Positions 34,797 through 44,655 of a stretch of 64,000 bases of DNA are shown here, piece by piece. The stretch spans positions 5,978 to 69,977 of the forward strand of contig CAISGE010000032.1 of the NCBI GenBank assembly GCA_903884815.1, in the 5' to 3' direction. Below the pieces are notes generated by a model. It did not search any database and was not told where the DNA came from. It saw only the letters and a program-made list of their open reading frames with translations. The position numbers and the translations under genes are program-made. This stretch comes from Candidatus Omnitrophota bacterium. GTDB lineage: Bacteria; Omnitrophota; Omnitrophia; Omnitrophales; Aquincolibacteriaceae. Position 1 is the first letter of the stretch, and the number at the start of each line of letters is the position of its first letter.

Positions 34797-36572
34797 GTGA
34801 CCCCCTCTTTCGTCGGTTCTTTCAAGATCACCGGAAAAAAGGTTTTTATCCGGCTGAAGAACCAGATCTGCGATTCTTCCGAGGAGTTGCTGCGCAGTGA
34901 GCTCTTTTACGAGATCTTGAAACGTGCCCTGACCGCGCTCGATCGCCGCAAGTCCGTTGTCTTGAAATTCTTCGGCGGCCGGGAGGTGAACGATGCCAAT
35001 ATCAGACTCCTGATCCAAACCTTCGAGTTCGTCGAAAAAATGTCCATCGATCTGGTCGGCCGTGTCGTTCCCGGTTCCGAGGATCTTCTGCGCGACAAGA
35101 ACGCTTTGAATGATTTCGTGGAATATCTTTACAACTACTGGCGCAGTTTCGACAGGTTTATCATCTGCGAATCAGAGGACGAGAGGTACGACAAGCGTCC
35201 GTTCCGAACTTTTAATGACACGATCGAGGATCTGACGGACCTTGTTCGTCGGACCTACCGTGAGATCCAGGAAAATATTACCGGGACGCATCCGCGCATT
35301 TACCGTCAAGTGGCCGCCGGTGCCGAGATGGCTGCCATCGCGTGCTCCGTCCGCGTGCCTTATCCCGCGGAACTTTATGAGAAACTGAACGCGATCCCCG
35401 TCATACGCCAGGTCCTTTTCTATCCGCCCCTTGTTCTCAATCAGCTGAATAACACGCGCGAGGGCAAGTTTGAGAAAATCCCGGAGAATCCGCTCGGGCG
35501 CTTTGATCTTAAGCGTGATGAATGGTTGTGTTATCCACTGAAGGCAGGGAATCTTCTCATCCTGGTTTATTTTAAAGAGAAGTTCTTCGAAATGGGGCTT
35601 TCGCTTTGCAACCTTTTTGAGCTGGCCTCGGATGAAGATTTGCAGCGCAAGCCGGACGCGGTTTTTGTTTATGGTGCTGAGGAGAAATCCCTTGAGTGGC
35701 CGGGCGTTTTTCCGACGGTGTTCTTCGACGATGAGAAGAACGACATGCTGGTGGGGGCTGTTCCGGAGTCTGACCGGTTCGGCTATTTTGGATATCTCAA
35801 AAAAATGATCCTGACGCTCCACAACATCAAGCGCATCAAGACGGGCCGCATGCCGTTCCACGGTGCTTTTATGAAGATCTATCTCAAAGGTAAAAAGCCG
35901 GCCACCCTCCTTTTGATCGGAGATACCGGAGCCGGAAAATCGGAGACGCTTGAGGCGATGCGCGGTTTTGGGGTCGAGGAGATCCAGGATATTATCGTGA
36001 TCGCCGATGATATGGGTTCTCTTGAGCTACGGCCCGACGGGAGTGTCGCAGGATACGGCACAGAGACTGGGGCGTTTCTCCGGCTTGATGATCTGAAGCC
36101 CGGCTACGCGCTCGGGCAGATCGATCGTGCCATCATCATGAGTCCGGCCAAGACCAATGCCCGTATCGCGTTGCCGATCACGACCTACGCCAATATCACG
36201 ATGCCTCACCAGGTGGATTTTGTGCTCTATGCGAATAATTTCGAAGATCTTGATGAGGACCATCCCGTGATCGAGGAGTTTAAAACGGCCGAGGAAGCTC
36301 TCAAGACCTTCCGTGAGGGGGCGGTGATGAGCAAGGGGACCACGAAGACCACGGGACTCGTGCACACCTATTTTTCGAATGTCTTTGGTCCCGTCCAGTA
36401 CAAGGCCGAGCATGATATTCTTGCCAAGAAGTTCTTCGAGGCTTTTTTTGCGAAGGGACTTTTTGTCGGACAGATGCGCACCCGTCTCGGTGTTCCGGGT
36501 TGGGAGCAAAAAGGACCGGAGGCGTCAGCCCTGGAACTTCTTAAGCTGATCCGGAGTGACGCCCGCTACTGA
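34797..36572 (+). CDS. large protein with C-terminal HPr kinase/phosphorylase-like P-loop domain
   Basis: FHGAFMKIY...LLLIGDTGAGKSETLEAM matches the HprK Walker-A consensus (HG..V....G.LI.G.SG.GKSE), followed by an ADD motif as in HprK_C; the roughly 380 aa N-terminal region is unrecognised; GTG 34797 with AGGGAAGG RBS, or ORF-track TTG 34761. Confidence 0.6.
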   Translation: MTPSFVGSFKITGKKVFIRLKNQICDSSEELLRSELFYEILKRALTALDRRKSVVLKFFGGREVNDANIRLLIQTFEFVEKMSIDLVGRVVPGSEDLLRDKNALNDFVEYLYNYWRSFDRFIICESEDERYDKRPFRTFNDTIEDLTDLVRRTYREIQENITGTHPRIYRQVAAGAEMAAIACSVRVPYPAELYEKLNAIPVIRQVLFYPPLVLNQLNNTREGKFEKIPENPLGRFDLKRDEWLCYPLKAGNLLILVYFKEKFFEMGLSLCNLFELASDEDLQRKPDAVFVYGAEEKSLEWPGVFPTVFFDDEKNDMLVGAVPESDRFGYFGYLKKMILTLHNIKRIKTGRMPFHGAFMKIYLKGKKPATLLLIGDTGAGKSETLEAMRGFGVEEIQDIIVIADDMGSLELRPDGSVAGYGTETGAFLRLDDLKPGYALGQIDRAIIMSPAKTNARIALPITTYANITMPHQVDFVLYANNFEDLDEDHPVIEEFKTAEEALKTFREGAVMSKGTTKTTGLVHTYFSNVFGPVQYKAEHDILAKKFFEAFFAKGLFVGQMRTRLGVPGWEQKGPEASALELLKLIRSDARY

Positions 36573-36649
36573 TCTCGTCTAACCCCGTACACACCCGGTG
36601 TGCGCAGGGGAGATCCTTTAAAATGGGTCACGGCCTCGCCCCTCTCCTG

Positions 36650-36658
36650 TGATATAAT
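36650..36658 (+). promoter_or_regulatory. putative extended -10 (TGaTATAAT) promoter for the GH57 gene
   Basis: sequence inspection; no convincing -35. Confidence 0.35.
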
Positions 36659-36731
36659 TTCCCGACAAATTTGAAGGGCTTTTTTTATCCGTAGCCCTGA
36701 TATTTATTAAGCTATTTGGGAAATCAGGATA

Positions 36732-36766
36732 GCCTTGACTGCCGTTTATGCTTTTAAAGTCAGGGC
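36732..36766 (+). promoter_or_regulatory. P1-like hairpin (gccttgac...U-rich loop...gtcagggc) in GH57 5' UTR
   Basis: same stem sequence class and U-rich loop as P1 of the two full elements; 18 nt upstream of the GH57 start codon. Confidence 0.4.
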
Positions 36767-36783
36767 CAAGAGGAATTTTTCTT

Positions 36784-39285
36784 ATGGCCAAAGAAGTCTG
36801 CATTTGTCTCCACGGGCATTTCTATCAGCCGCCCCGCGAGAATCCTTGGATCGAAGAGATCGAGCAGCAGGATAGCGCCGCGCCCTTCCATGATTGGAAC
36901 GAGCGCATCCATTACGAATGTTATCACCCCAATTCCCGCGCCCGGGCGCTCGATGCCAAAGGCAAAATCGTCGAGATCGTCAATAATTTCGAGCGCACCA
37001 GCTTCAATTTTGGGCCCACACTCCTTTCCTGGCTTGAGGCGAAACACGCCGATACCTATCAAAGCCTTCTTCATGCGGACCACGCCAGCTGCGAGGCCCA
37101 TCGCGGTCACGGGAATGCCATCGCCCAGGTCTATAATCACATGATCATGCCGCTCGCGAATCTTCGGGATAAAAAGACCCAGGTGCGGTGGGGGATCGAG
37201 GACTTTCGTTCCCGGTTCGGCAGGTTTCCCGAAAGCATCTGGCTTTCCGAAACAGCCTGCAATGAGGAAACGCTCGAGGTGTTGGTTTCAGAGCGCATGA
37301 AGTACCTTATCTTGTCACCGCATCAGGCCCGGGCTGTCCGGCCGCTTGAAGGCGGGGCTTGGCAGGATGTGACCGGAGGACGCATCGACCCTAAGGAGCC
37401 TTACCGTTATTTTCTCAAGAACAATCCTTCTCTTTATATTGACATCTTTTTTTATGACGGGCCGATCTCCAAGGCTGTCGGGTTTGACAATCTTCTCTTC
37501 GAAGCGAAGCACTTTATGAAGCGGCTCGAGAGCGCGGTCGTGGATCACGAACGTTCCCAGCTCATTCACATCGCGACGGACGGCGAAACTTATGGCCACC
37601 ACAAGGCTTACGGTGACCGGGTGCTCGCGTATCTCACCTATGTCGAGATCCCGCGTCACGGGTACCGGCTTGTGAACTATGGGGAATATCTCGAGGAGAA
37701 TCCTCCGAGGCAGGAAGTGCGGCTGATCGAAGGGGAGAATAATGAAGGGACTTCCTGGAGCTGCGCGCATGGCGTTGCGCGATGGAAGGATCACTGCGGC
37801 TGCCGGGGTGACGGGCCGGCCAGTTGGACCCAGCATTGGCGCAAGCCGCTGCGTTGGGCGCTTGACTGGCTTCGCGACGAGTTGGCGCAGATCTATGAAA
37901 AAGAAGGCGCCAAGTATCTCCGGGATGTCTGGGCGGCTCGTGACGATTATATTCATGTGGTGCTCAAGCGGAACCCTGCGACCCTGCGCGAATTTTTCGA
38001 TCGCCAGGCTCTGCGCGAATTTTCCAAGGAGGAGGTTACCACGTGCCTCAAGCTTCTTGAGATGCAGCGCAATCTCATGCTCATGTACACGAGCTGCGGC
38101 TGGTTTTTCTCCGAACTTTCAGGGATCGAGACGGTCCAGATTCTCCAGTACGCGTCGCGTGCGATCCATCTCGGGCGGGAAGTGAGCGGCATGAATCTTG
38201 AACGTGATTTCCTGGAGCATCTCGCGCTCGCGAAAAGCAATATTGAATCGATCAAAGACGGACAAGGGGTTTATGAGAAGTACGTCAAACCCGCCGTGGC
38301 TACGCTTCACCATATCGTGAGCTATTACGCCATCGGGTCGATCTTTGAGAATTTTTACGCGTCGGATCCCAAAACGGATTTGGTCAAGATCTTCAACTTC
38401 GATCTTCATATCCTGCATCAGCGCAAGGAGTTCTTCGGGACGGTGACCATGAACTTCGGCCGCGTTCGTGTCATTTCCCAGACCACCCTCGAAGAACAGG
38501 AACTGGTGTTCGTGGTGATCCAGATCGGGTTTTATGATTTCCGGTGTTCCGTCAAACCCTACACGACCGAGGAGGAATTTGAAAAACTGGAGAGAGACCT
38601 TTTCGAGGCGCTCTACCAGCTTCCGATCCTCGACCTTTCCAAGAAGATCGATACCTTTTTCGGTGAGACGTATTATGCCTTAAAAGATCTGCGGCTCGGG
38701 GATCGCGCGAAGATCATCAGCATCCTGACGCATGAGACGATCACCAAGGTCAGCCATTTTTACGAACAGATCTACGAAGAGAATCTGCGCATGAACGAGA
38801 TCTACCGGTCGATCAACGTGCCGATCCCCGTCGAACTCCGGTACGCCGCGGAGCATACCCTGAGCAAACGTATGATGGAGGCGGTGAGGGACTGGGGCGA
38901 ACGTGGATTTCCGGCCAAGCGAATGCTTTCCATTTACCGCATCATGGATTCGGCGAAGGCGCTTGATGTTCATATTCATAAGGAGCCGCTGGCCCAATAC
39001 CTGAGCGAGCAGCTTTGCATGGGGCTTCGGGAGTTTATCGCCAAACTGGATCCTGAGATCATCCAACGGCTTCTTTCCATCGCCCGGCTTGCCAAGAAGA
39101 TCGATGTTTTTCTGGATCGCCGAGAAGCTCAGGACGATCTTTTTGCCCTTTTCCGTTCCTGGAAGGGAAGTCCCCAGGCCATCCCGCAGGTGATCCGGGA
39201 TCAGGAATCCCATCTCCATCAGCTGATGGATGAGCTCGACCTTTCTTCTGAGAAGCTCAAGAAGATTTTGGCCACCGGAGCCTAA
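36784..39285 (+). CDS. glycoside hydrolase family 57 protein (alpha-glucan acting) with long C-terminal extension
   Basis: hallmark GH57 N-terminal motif CLHGHFYQPPREN and downstream GH57 catalytic region; 834 aa. Confidence 0.85.
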   Translation: MAKEVCICLHGHFYQPPRENPWIEEIEQQDSAAPFHDWNERIHYECYHPNSRARALDAKGKIVEIVNNFERTSFNFGPTLLSWLEAKHADTYQSLLHADHASCEAHRGHGNAIAQVYNHMIMPLANLRDKKTQVRWGIEDFRSRFGRFPESIWLSETACNEETLEVLVSERMKYLILSPHQARAVRPLEGGAWQDVTGGRIDPKEPYRYFLKNNPSLYIDIFFYDGPISKAVGFDNLLFEAKHFMKRLESAVVDHERSQLIHIATDGETYGHHKAYGDRVLAYLTYVEIPRHGYRLVNYGEYLEENPPRQEVRLIEGENNEGTSWSCAHGVARWKDHCGCRGDGPASWTQHWRKPLRWALDWLRDELAQIYEKEGAKYLRDVWAARDDYIHVVLKRNPATLREFFDRQALREFSKEEVTTCLKLLEMQRNLMLMYTSCGWFFSELSGIETVQILQYASRAIHLGREVSGMNLERDFLEHLALAKSNIESIKDGQGVYEKYVKPAVATLHHIVSYYAIGSIFENFYASDPKTDLVKIFNFDLHILHQRKEFFGTVTMNFGRVRVISQTTLEEQELVFVVIQIGFYDFRCSVKPYTTEEEFEKLERDLFEALYQLPILDLSKKIDTFFGETYYALKDLRLGDRAKIISILTHETITKVSHFYEQIYEENLRMNEIYRSINVPIPVELRYAAEHTLSKRMMEAVRDWGERGFPAKRMLSIYRIMDSAKALDVHIHKEPLAQYLSEQLCMGLREFIAKLDPEIIQRLLSIARLAKKIDVFLDRREAQDDLFALFRSWKGSPQAIPQVIRDQESHLHQLMDELDLSSEKLKKILATGA

Positions 39286-39412
39286 TTTTTGCTTGCCTCT
39301 CGCACGTTCCACGAATAATATAACGCATCCGCAACCAAAGGGTTTGGTCCTATAATCCACAGCCCCGGATTTGATCTCATAGCCCAACATCAATCGAAAG
39401 GAATCAACATCC

Positions 39413-41494
39413 ATGAGTACAGTTAATTCTGAAAAACGAGCTTTAATGAGCACGCTTCCGGGGGACGATGTCCGCCAGATCATGTGGCGGTTTACCGATC
39501 GCTACGACCTTCAAATGGTGATCCAGTCGACTCGTGCGGTGGCGCGCAGTGTGGTCGCCCGTATGGTGGCCGATAAGCAGCGTGATACTCATGAATGGAC
39601 GCCTGAAAAAGCGGCCATGCTCCTGGCGTTCGATGAGGCCGGTATCACGGCGGCTTTCATGGAGCCGGAAGAGGGGGGCTATATCTCGGGTCCCAAGAAC
39701 TTGGTGCTTGCCATGATCGCTTTCGAGCTTTGCTGGGTGGATGCCGGCGCTGCGACGGCGAGTTTGGCCAATAACCTCGCGCTTGAGCCGATCCATGAAA
39801 AAGGGACTCCCGAGCAGAAGCACAAATACATGGGGGGCTGTGTTCCGCCGAAAGCAGGCGAGAACCGGAAAATCATCCGCGGCTCTTTCGCGCTTACCGA
39901 ACCTCTTCCTTATGTCGGCGTGGACGCCGGCATGCTTTCCGGACGCATCCGTGTCGCGGAATGGAAGGAAGGGCAGGAACCGATCCTTCAGGTCGAAAAA
40001 CGCGGCCGCTTTATCACCAATATGGGCTACGCGAATTTCGTGACGGCCTCGGTCGATACCGATGACCCGCGCATTAAGTCCAGTTGCATGATCATCCTCG
40101 AGGAAAACGATCCCGGCCTTTATGACCGCGGTGCCCCGACCCTGAAGCTGGTGCATCAGCTTTCCAGCACGCATGATCCGATCTTCAGCCTGAAGGTCCC
40201 GGCCCACCGTATCATCGGCGGCTACACCATCAAGGACGGCGTGATCATCCCCAATTTCAACAATAGTGAAGTGATCGAGGCGGTGTTCCGCAGGACGCGC
40301 GTCACCGTGGGCATCATGACCACGGCGAAGCTGCTTTCCGCGATCGAACCCGTGATCCGTTATCAGCGCACGCGTTTCCGCGGCGGGAGCTCGGTTTCTG
40401 CCGGAACCCCGCGTTATGATCTGGGTATCCAGCAGAAGGAAGATCCGTGCCACCGCTTGGTCGATGTGTGGGCTACGGGCGAGGCGGGTGCCGCGCTCGG
40501 GTTTGAAGGAGCCCGCCTTTTCGATGCTTTCGACGTCATGGAGCATGAAAAGGACAAGCTCTTTACTGCGCAGGGGATCAAAGGCGCCCGGGCGCAAATG
40601 AAGGCGTTCGCGGAGCCTCGGAAGAGAGCTCTTGAATATATTGAGATGATGGCCAAGCCTGAAGCGCAGCGTAACGCGAAGCGCGTCGCGGAGCTCCAAG
40701 GCGATCTTTTGGTCCAGTATCTCATCAAGGAGTCGCTCGCCGATGTGTATTGCCCCGCCGGCAAGCTCTGGAACACGGGCTACGGCGCGACGATGATGCG
40801 CGAAGCCGTCAGTTTGATGGGCGGCTACGGGATCACGGAAGATTGTCCGGGATTTCTCACGCAGAAATGGTCGGACGCTCAGCTCGAAGCGACTTACGAA
40901 GGGCCTGAGTGTGTGCAGCGTCTCCAGATGAGCCGAACGATGGAAAATGATCTTTTCCTCGCTCAGTTCAAGATCTGGATCAAGGAACTTCGCGAACTCG
41001 CGAAGCGCAAGTCCGAAATGGGCGCCGAAGTTCTCGCGAATGCGATGGATCTTTGGCTCTGGTCACTTGTTTTTCTCCAGGCGAACAAGGACGCAAACGG
41101 GAAAACGCTTTACGGCGGCCAACGCCAGGGCGTGATGTTTCCGCTGGCGGACGCGCTCGCGTGGATCCTCGGGGCGCGTCAGCTCATCCTGGATACGATC
41201 GAACTTGAGACCAAAGGTCCCGAGAATCCGTCGCTGGCTGAAGGCCTTGCCGGCGTGGTGAATTTTTATTCAGATCTGAGCGGTGTTCAGGCCGCCCGTA
41301 CGGCGGGAGAAGTGGGCAGGATCTGCGCCGAGCTTGTCTACGGTTATCAAGCGCCGGGGACCGATTTCAAGGCGTTCGCGGAACTTCGCGCGAAGACGGA
41401 TGCGAGCCTCGTCGGTGTCCGTTTTTCAAAGGATCGTGCCGCCGAAGCCGTGGCGCATGTGATGATCCCGGAAGCGCTCGATTATCCGCTTTAA
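39413..41494 (+). CDS. acyl-CoA dehydrogenase family protein (long form)
   Basis: ACAD-like ALTEP...G motif region and overall architecture; immediately upstream of ETF-QO; AAAGGAA RBS. Confidence 0.7.
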   Translation: MSTVNSEKRALMSTLPGDDVRQIMWRFTDRYDLQMVIQSTRAVARSVVARMVADKQRDTHEWTPEKAAMLLAFDEAGITAAFMEPEEGGYISGPKNLVLAMIAFELCWVDAGAATASLANNLALEPIHEKGTPEQKHKYMGGCVPPKAGENRKIIRGSFALTEPLPYVGVDAGMLSGRIRVAEWKEGQEPILQVEKRGRFITNMGYANFVTASVDTDDPRIKSSCMIILEENDPGLYDRGAPTLKLVHQLSSTHDPIFSLKVPAHRIIGGYTIKDGVIIPNFNNSEVIEAVFRRTRVTVGIMTTAKLLSAIEPVIRYQRTRFRGGSSVSAGTPRYDLGIQQKEDPCHRLVDVWATGEAGAALGFEGARLFDAFDVMEHEKDKLFTAQGIKGARAQMKAFAEPRKRALEYIEMMAKPEAQRNAKRVAELQGDLLVQYLIKESLADVYCPAGKLWNTGYGATMMREAVSLMGGYGITEDCPGFLTQKWSDAQLEATYEGPECVQRLQMSRTMENDLFLAQFKIWIKELRELAKRKSEMGAEVLANAMDLWLWSLVFLQANKDANGKTLYGGQRQGVMFPLADALAWILGARQLILDTIELETKGPENPSLAEGLAGVVNFYSDLSGVQAARTAGEVGRICAELVYGYQAPGTDFKAFAELRAKTDASLVGVRFSKDRAAEAVAHVMIPEALDYPL

Positions 41495-41498
41495 AAAC

Positions 41499-41572
41499 CA
41501 GTAAGGCGTACGGTGTACGGAGTAAGGCGAAAAGGCTTTACGCTGTACGCAAGACGCCTTACCCCGTACGGA
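41499..41572 (+). repeat. GTACGG/GTAAGG-heptad hairpin repeat, ACAD to ETF-QO junction
   Basis: gtaaggcgtacggtgtacggagtaaggcg ... acgccttaccccgtacgg. Confidence 0.65.
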
Positions 41573-41582
41573 GAGGTTCTTC

Positions 41583-43436
41583 ATGACCACTGAACGTCAG
41601 AAAATGGATGTTGATATTGTTTGTGCCGGATTCGGGCCTGCCACAGCGGGATTCCTGACTACGCTCAACCGCGCGATGGCGGCCGATCCTTTGGCGGAGC
41701 ATTTCCAGAGCAAGACCATGCCGGGGATGCCGCTTCAGGTGATCTGTTATGAACGCGCGGATGATATCGGGTTTGGCGTTTCGGGCATCGTTTCCGAAGC
41801 CAAAGGCATCCAGCAGGCGTTCACGGCCGAAGAACTTTCACAGATCCCGATGGCGAGTCCCGTGAAGCACGAGGAGGTCTATTACCTTCTCGATCCCGTG
41901 GGCGCAAGCCGCCGCTCCTGGCTTCTCAAGATCGTCGACTGGCTTTTCCGCACATTGGGTTTTATCCTTCCCTGGTACAAAGATCAGTCGTTCAAGCTTC
42001 CGTTCATCCCGCCTTTCATGGCGAAACACGGGGGATGGGTTCTTTCGATGGGGCAGTTCACTCAGTGGCTGGGTTCCAACATCATGGGCGGCGGTATGGT
42101 TCAGATCTGGCCGGGGATGCCCGTGAAGGAGCCTCTCTTTGATTCCAATCGCGTCGCCGGTGTCCGGCTCGCGGATCAGGGCGTTGAAAAGTCCGGAAAA
42201 CCCACGGCTGCATTCATGCCCGGTATGGATATTCATGCGCCGCTGACAGTGGTGGGGGATGGGCCGTACGGACAAGTGGGACAGAAATTGGACGACAAAT
42301 TCGGGCTTCCCGAAGGCAATCACCAGCGCGAGTGGGCCCTTGGCATGAAAGCCGTGGTGGAGTTGCCTGAGAACACCACGCTTCAGCCTGGGACCGTGCT
42401 TCATACCTTCGGTTATCCCGAGCCTGAGATCTTCGGCTTTCTCTATGTTTATCCCAACCGTGTCGCATCCCTCGGTATTTTTATCCCTTCTTGGCTGGAT
42501 CATCCGATGCGCACCGGCTACCGCTACCTCCAGCACTGGATGCAACACCCCGTGCTTTGGAAACACTTGAATGGCGCCACTTTGAAATCCTGGGGCGGTA
42601 AGAGCCTTCAGGAAGCCGGTATGCAGGGAGAGCCGTTTATTGTAGGCGATGGTTTTGCCCGTATCGGCGAAGGTTCCGGGAGCACGAACATGCTCAAGGG
42701 CTCCGGCGTCGATGAAGCGTGGACGACGGGCGTTCAGCTCGCAGAAGGCGTGATCGAGCTTTTGAAGGCCGGAAAGCCTTTCACCAAGGATAATCTGGAA
42801 CTAACCTATCTGGCGAAGCGCCGATCCAGTTGGGTCGAGAAGGATAACAAGATCGCGAAAAAGGCTCGTGACGGGTTCAGCACTTGCTTTGAGCTCGGGA
42901 TGATGGGGATGGGGCTTGCCGGGTTCACGAATGGCGCTCTGAATATTCCCGGGAAGCTCAAACCGACTTACGCCCGCATTCCCTCGCTTGAAAAATATTA
43001 TAAGGGGAAGGTTTCCAAGGAGACGATCGACGGCGCGTTCAAAGAAATGAATGCGACGAATTCCTCCATGCATGATGCGATGATGGACGCGGCAGGTTGG
43101 CCGGAGATTCAGTATGACGGCAAGCTCCTCATTTCCCATCAGGACGCGTTACTTCTCGGCGGCAAGGTCCAGGCCGCGGAAGGCTACGCCGACCATGTGA
43201 TCTTTATGGATGCCGGGAAATGTCAGAAATGTCACACCAAGGTTTGTATCGAGATGTGTTCCGGACAGGCGATCACCGCGGGTTCCGATGGCGGCGTTCC
43301 TCTTTTTGACCGTGAAAAATGCATCCACTGCGCGGCTTGTCTCTGGAATTGCGCATATGCCCGCGAAGAGGGAAGTGACCTGACGAATGTCGATTTCCGC
43401 GCGGGTTCCGGCGGTTTGCACTCAAACATCAACTAA
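41583..43436 (+). CDS. electron-transfer flavoprotein:quinone oxidoreductase (FixC-like) with C-terminal 4Fe-4S ferredoxin module
   Basis: N-terminal FAD Rossmann fold (DIVCAGFGPATAG) and C-terminal CQKC...CIHCAAC cluster. Confidence 0.82.
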   Translation: MTTERQKMDVDIVCAGFGPATAGFLTTLNRAMAADPLAEHFQSKTMPGMPLQVICYERADDIGFGVSGIVSEAKGIQQAFTAEELSQIPMASPVKHEEVYYLLDPVGASRRSWLLKIVDWLFRTLGFILPWYKDQSFKLPFIPPFMAKHGGWVLSMGQFTQWLGSNIMGGGMVQIWPGMPVKEPLFDSNRVAGVRLADQGVEKSGKPTAAFMPGMDIHAPLTVVGDGPYGQVGQKLDDKFGLPEGNHQREWALGMKAVVELPENTTLQPGTVLHTFGYPEPEIFGFLYVYPNRVASLGIFIPSWLDHPMRTGYRYLQHWMQHPVLWKHLNGATLKSWGGKSLQEAGMQGEPFIVGDGFARIGEGSGSTNMLKGSGVDEAWTTGVQLAEGVIELLKAGKPFTKDNLELTYLAKRRSSWVEKDNKIAKKARDGFSTCFELGMMGMGLAGFTNGALNIPGKLKPTYARIPSLEKYYKGKVSKETIDGAFKEMNATNSSMHDAMMDAAGWPEIQYDGKLLISHQDALLLGGKVQAAEGYADHVIFMDAGKCQKCHTKVCIEMCSGQAITAGSDGGVPLFDREKCIHCAACLWNCAYAREEGSDLTNVDFRAGSGGLHSNIN

Positions 43437-43464
43437 ACTTCCACTCAACTTCCAGGAGAGACCC

Positions 43465-43845
43465 ATGGACCTTTGCGAATACTTCGAAAAGAAAAAAGGC
43501 ACCGGCGTGCTTGCCACTTCGGACAGCTCCGGCAAAGTGGACGCGGCGCTTTACGCCCGCCCGCACATTCTTGATGACGGGACGATCGCTTTTATTATGG
43601 CGGACCGCCTGACGCATCACAACCTCCAGTCCAACCCTCACGCGGCCTACCTCTTTGTTGAATCCCAGGGGATGTACGAGGGGAAGAGGCTTTTTCTAAA
43701 GAAGATCTCGGAAGAGAAGAATTCCGAACGCATCAAGACGATGCGCCGCAGTTGCCTCTGTAATGAAGAAAAAGAATCAGACGGCAAGGATCGCTACCTT
43801 GTCATCTTCAAGCTGGAAAAGGAACTGCCACTGGTAGGTGCTTGA
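43465..43845 (+). CDS. pyridoxamine 5'-phosphate oxidase-like FMN-binding protein
   Basis: small split-barrel-like protein starting MDLCEYFEKKKGTGVLATSDSSGKVDAALYARP; AGGAGAG RBS. Confidence 0.5.
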   Translation: MDLCEYFEKKKGTGVLATSDSSGKVDAALYARPHILDDGTIAFIMADRLTHHNLQSNPHAAYLFVESQGMYEGKRLFLKKISEEKNSERIKTMRRSCLCNEEKESDGKDRYLVIFKLEKELPLVGA

Positions 43846-44623
43846 GCTTGCTTTTGTGAAAAGAAGCGCCCTGCTCCTTATTCTTCTGTTCTTGCCGGCT
43901 TGTGCCCACACCCCGTATCAAAAAGATGTAGTCTTCCAGAATGCCCCCATTCAGGCCCTCCTTGCCGGATGCTACAGCGGGACGATGAGCATTCATGATC
44001 TCGGAAAGCACGGCGATTTTGGTTTTGGGACCGTGGATGCCTTGGATGGGGAAATGGTCGCCCTCGATCATGCTTTCTACCAAATAAAGCCGGACGGAAA
44101 AGTGCGCCGTTTGAAGGATCAGGATACGATCCCGTATGCAACGGTGACATTCTTTGGATCAGGGCAGGTTTTAGCCCCGGAACAGGCAATGACTTACACG
44201 GAGCTGACGGGATTTCTGGACAAAAATCTTTCTTCGGAGAACCTGATCTATGCGATCAAAGTTGAGGGAAGATTCTCTTGGCTGAAAGTTCGCAGTGCGG
44301 CCCGCCAAAACAAGCCTTACCCAGTTCTAACCGAGGCGATCAAGGAGCAGAAGATCTTTGAATTGAAGGACCAGGAAGGAACGCTGGTGGGATTCCGTTT
44401 CCCGTCCTATGCCGAGGGCGTTAATGTTCCGGGATATCATTTCCATTTCATCAACAAAGATAAGACGCTGGGCGGGCATGTGCTGGATCTTCGCAGTGAA
44501 GGGGTCCGCGTTCAGCTCGATCAAAGCCGCAAGTTTTCGATGGAACTTCCGAAGAGCGAAGAATTCCTGAAATTCCGTTTTGACTCCGATGCTAAGGAAG
44601 CGATACAAAAGGTTGAGAAATAG
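43838..44623 (+). CDS. alpha-acetolactate decarboxylase-like protein with lipoprotein signal
   Basis: QNAPIQALLAGCYSGTMSIHDLGKHGDFGFGTVDALDGEMVALDHAFYQ matches the AlsD/BudA core; N-terminal LFLPAC lipobox. Confidence 0.65.
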   Translation: MLELAFVKRSALLLILLFLPACAHTPYQKDVVFQNAPIQALLAGCYSGTMSIHDLGKHGDFGFGTVDALDGEMVALDHAFYQIKPDGKVRRLKDQDTIPYATVTFFGSGQVLAPEQAMTYTELTGFLDKNLSSENLIYAIKVEGRFSWLKVRSAARQNKPYPVLTEAIKEQKIFELKDQEGTLVGFRFPSYAEGVNVPGYHFHFINKDKTLGGHVLDLRSEGVRVQLDQSRKFSMELPKSEEFLKFRFDSDAKEAIQKVEK

Positions 44624-44655
44624 ATCCTGCCGGGAGGGGACTCTGCCCTCTCTGA

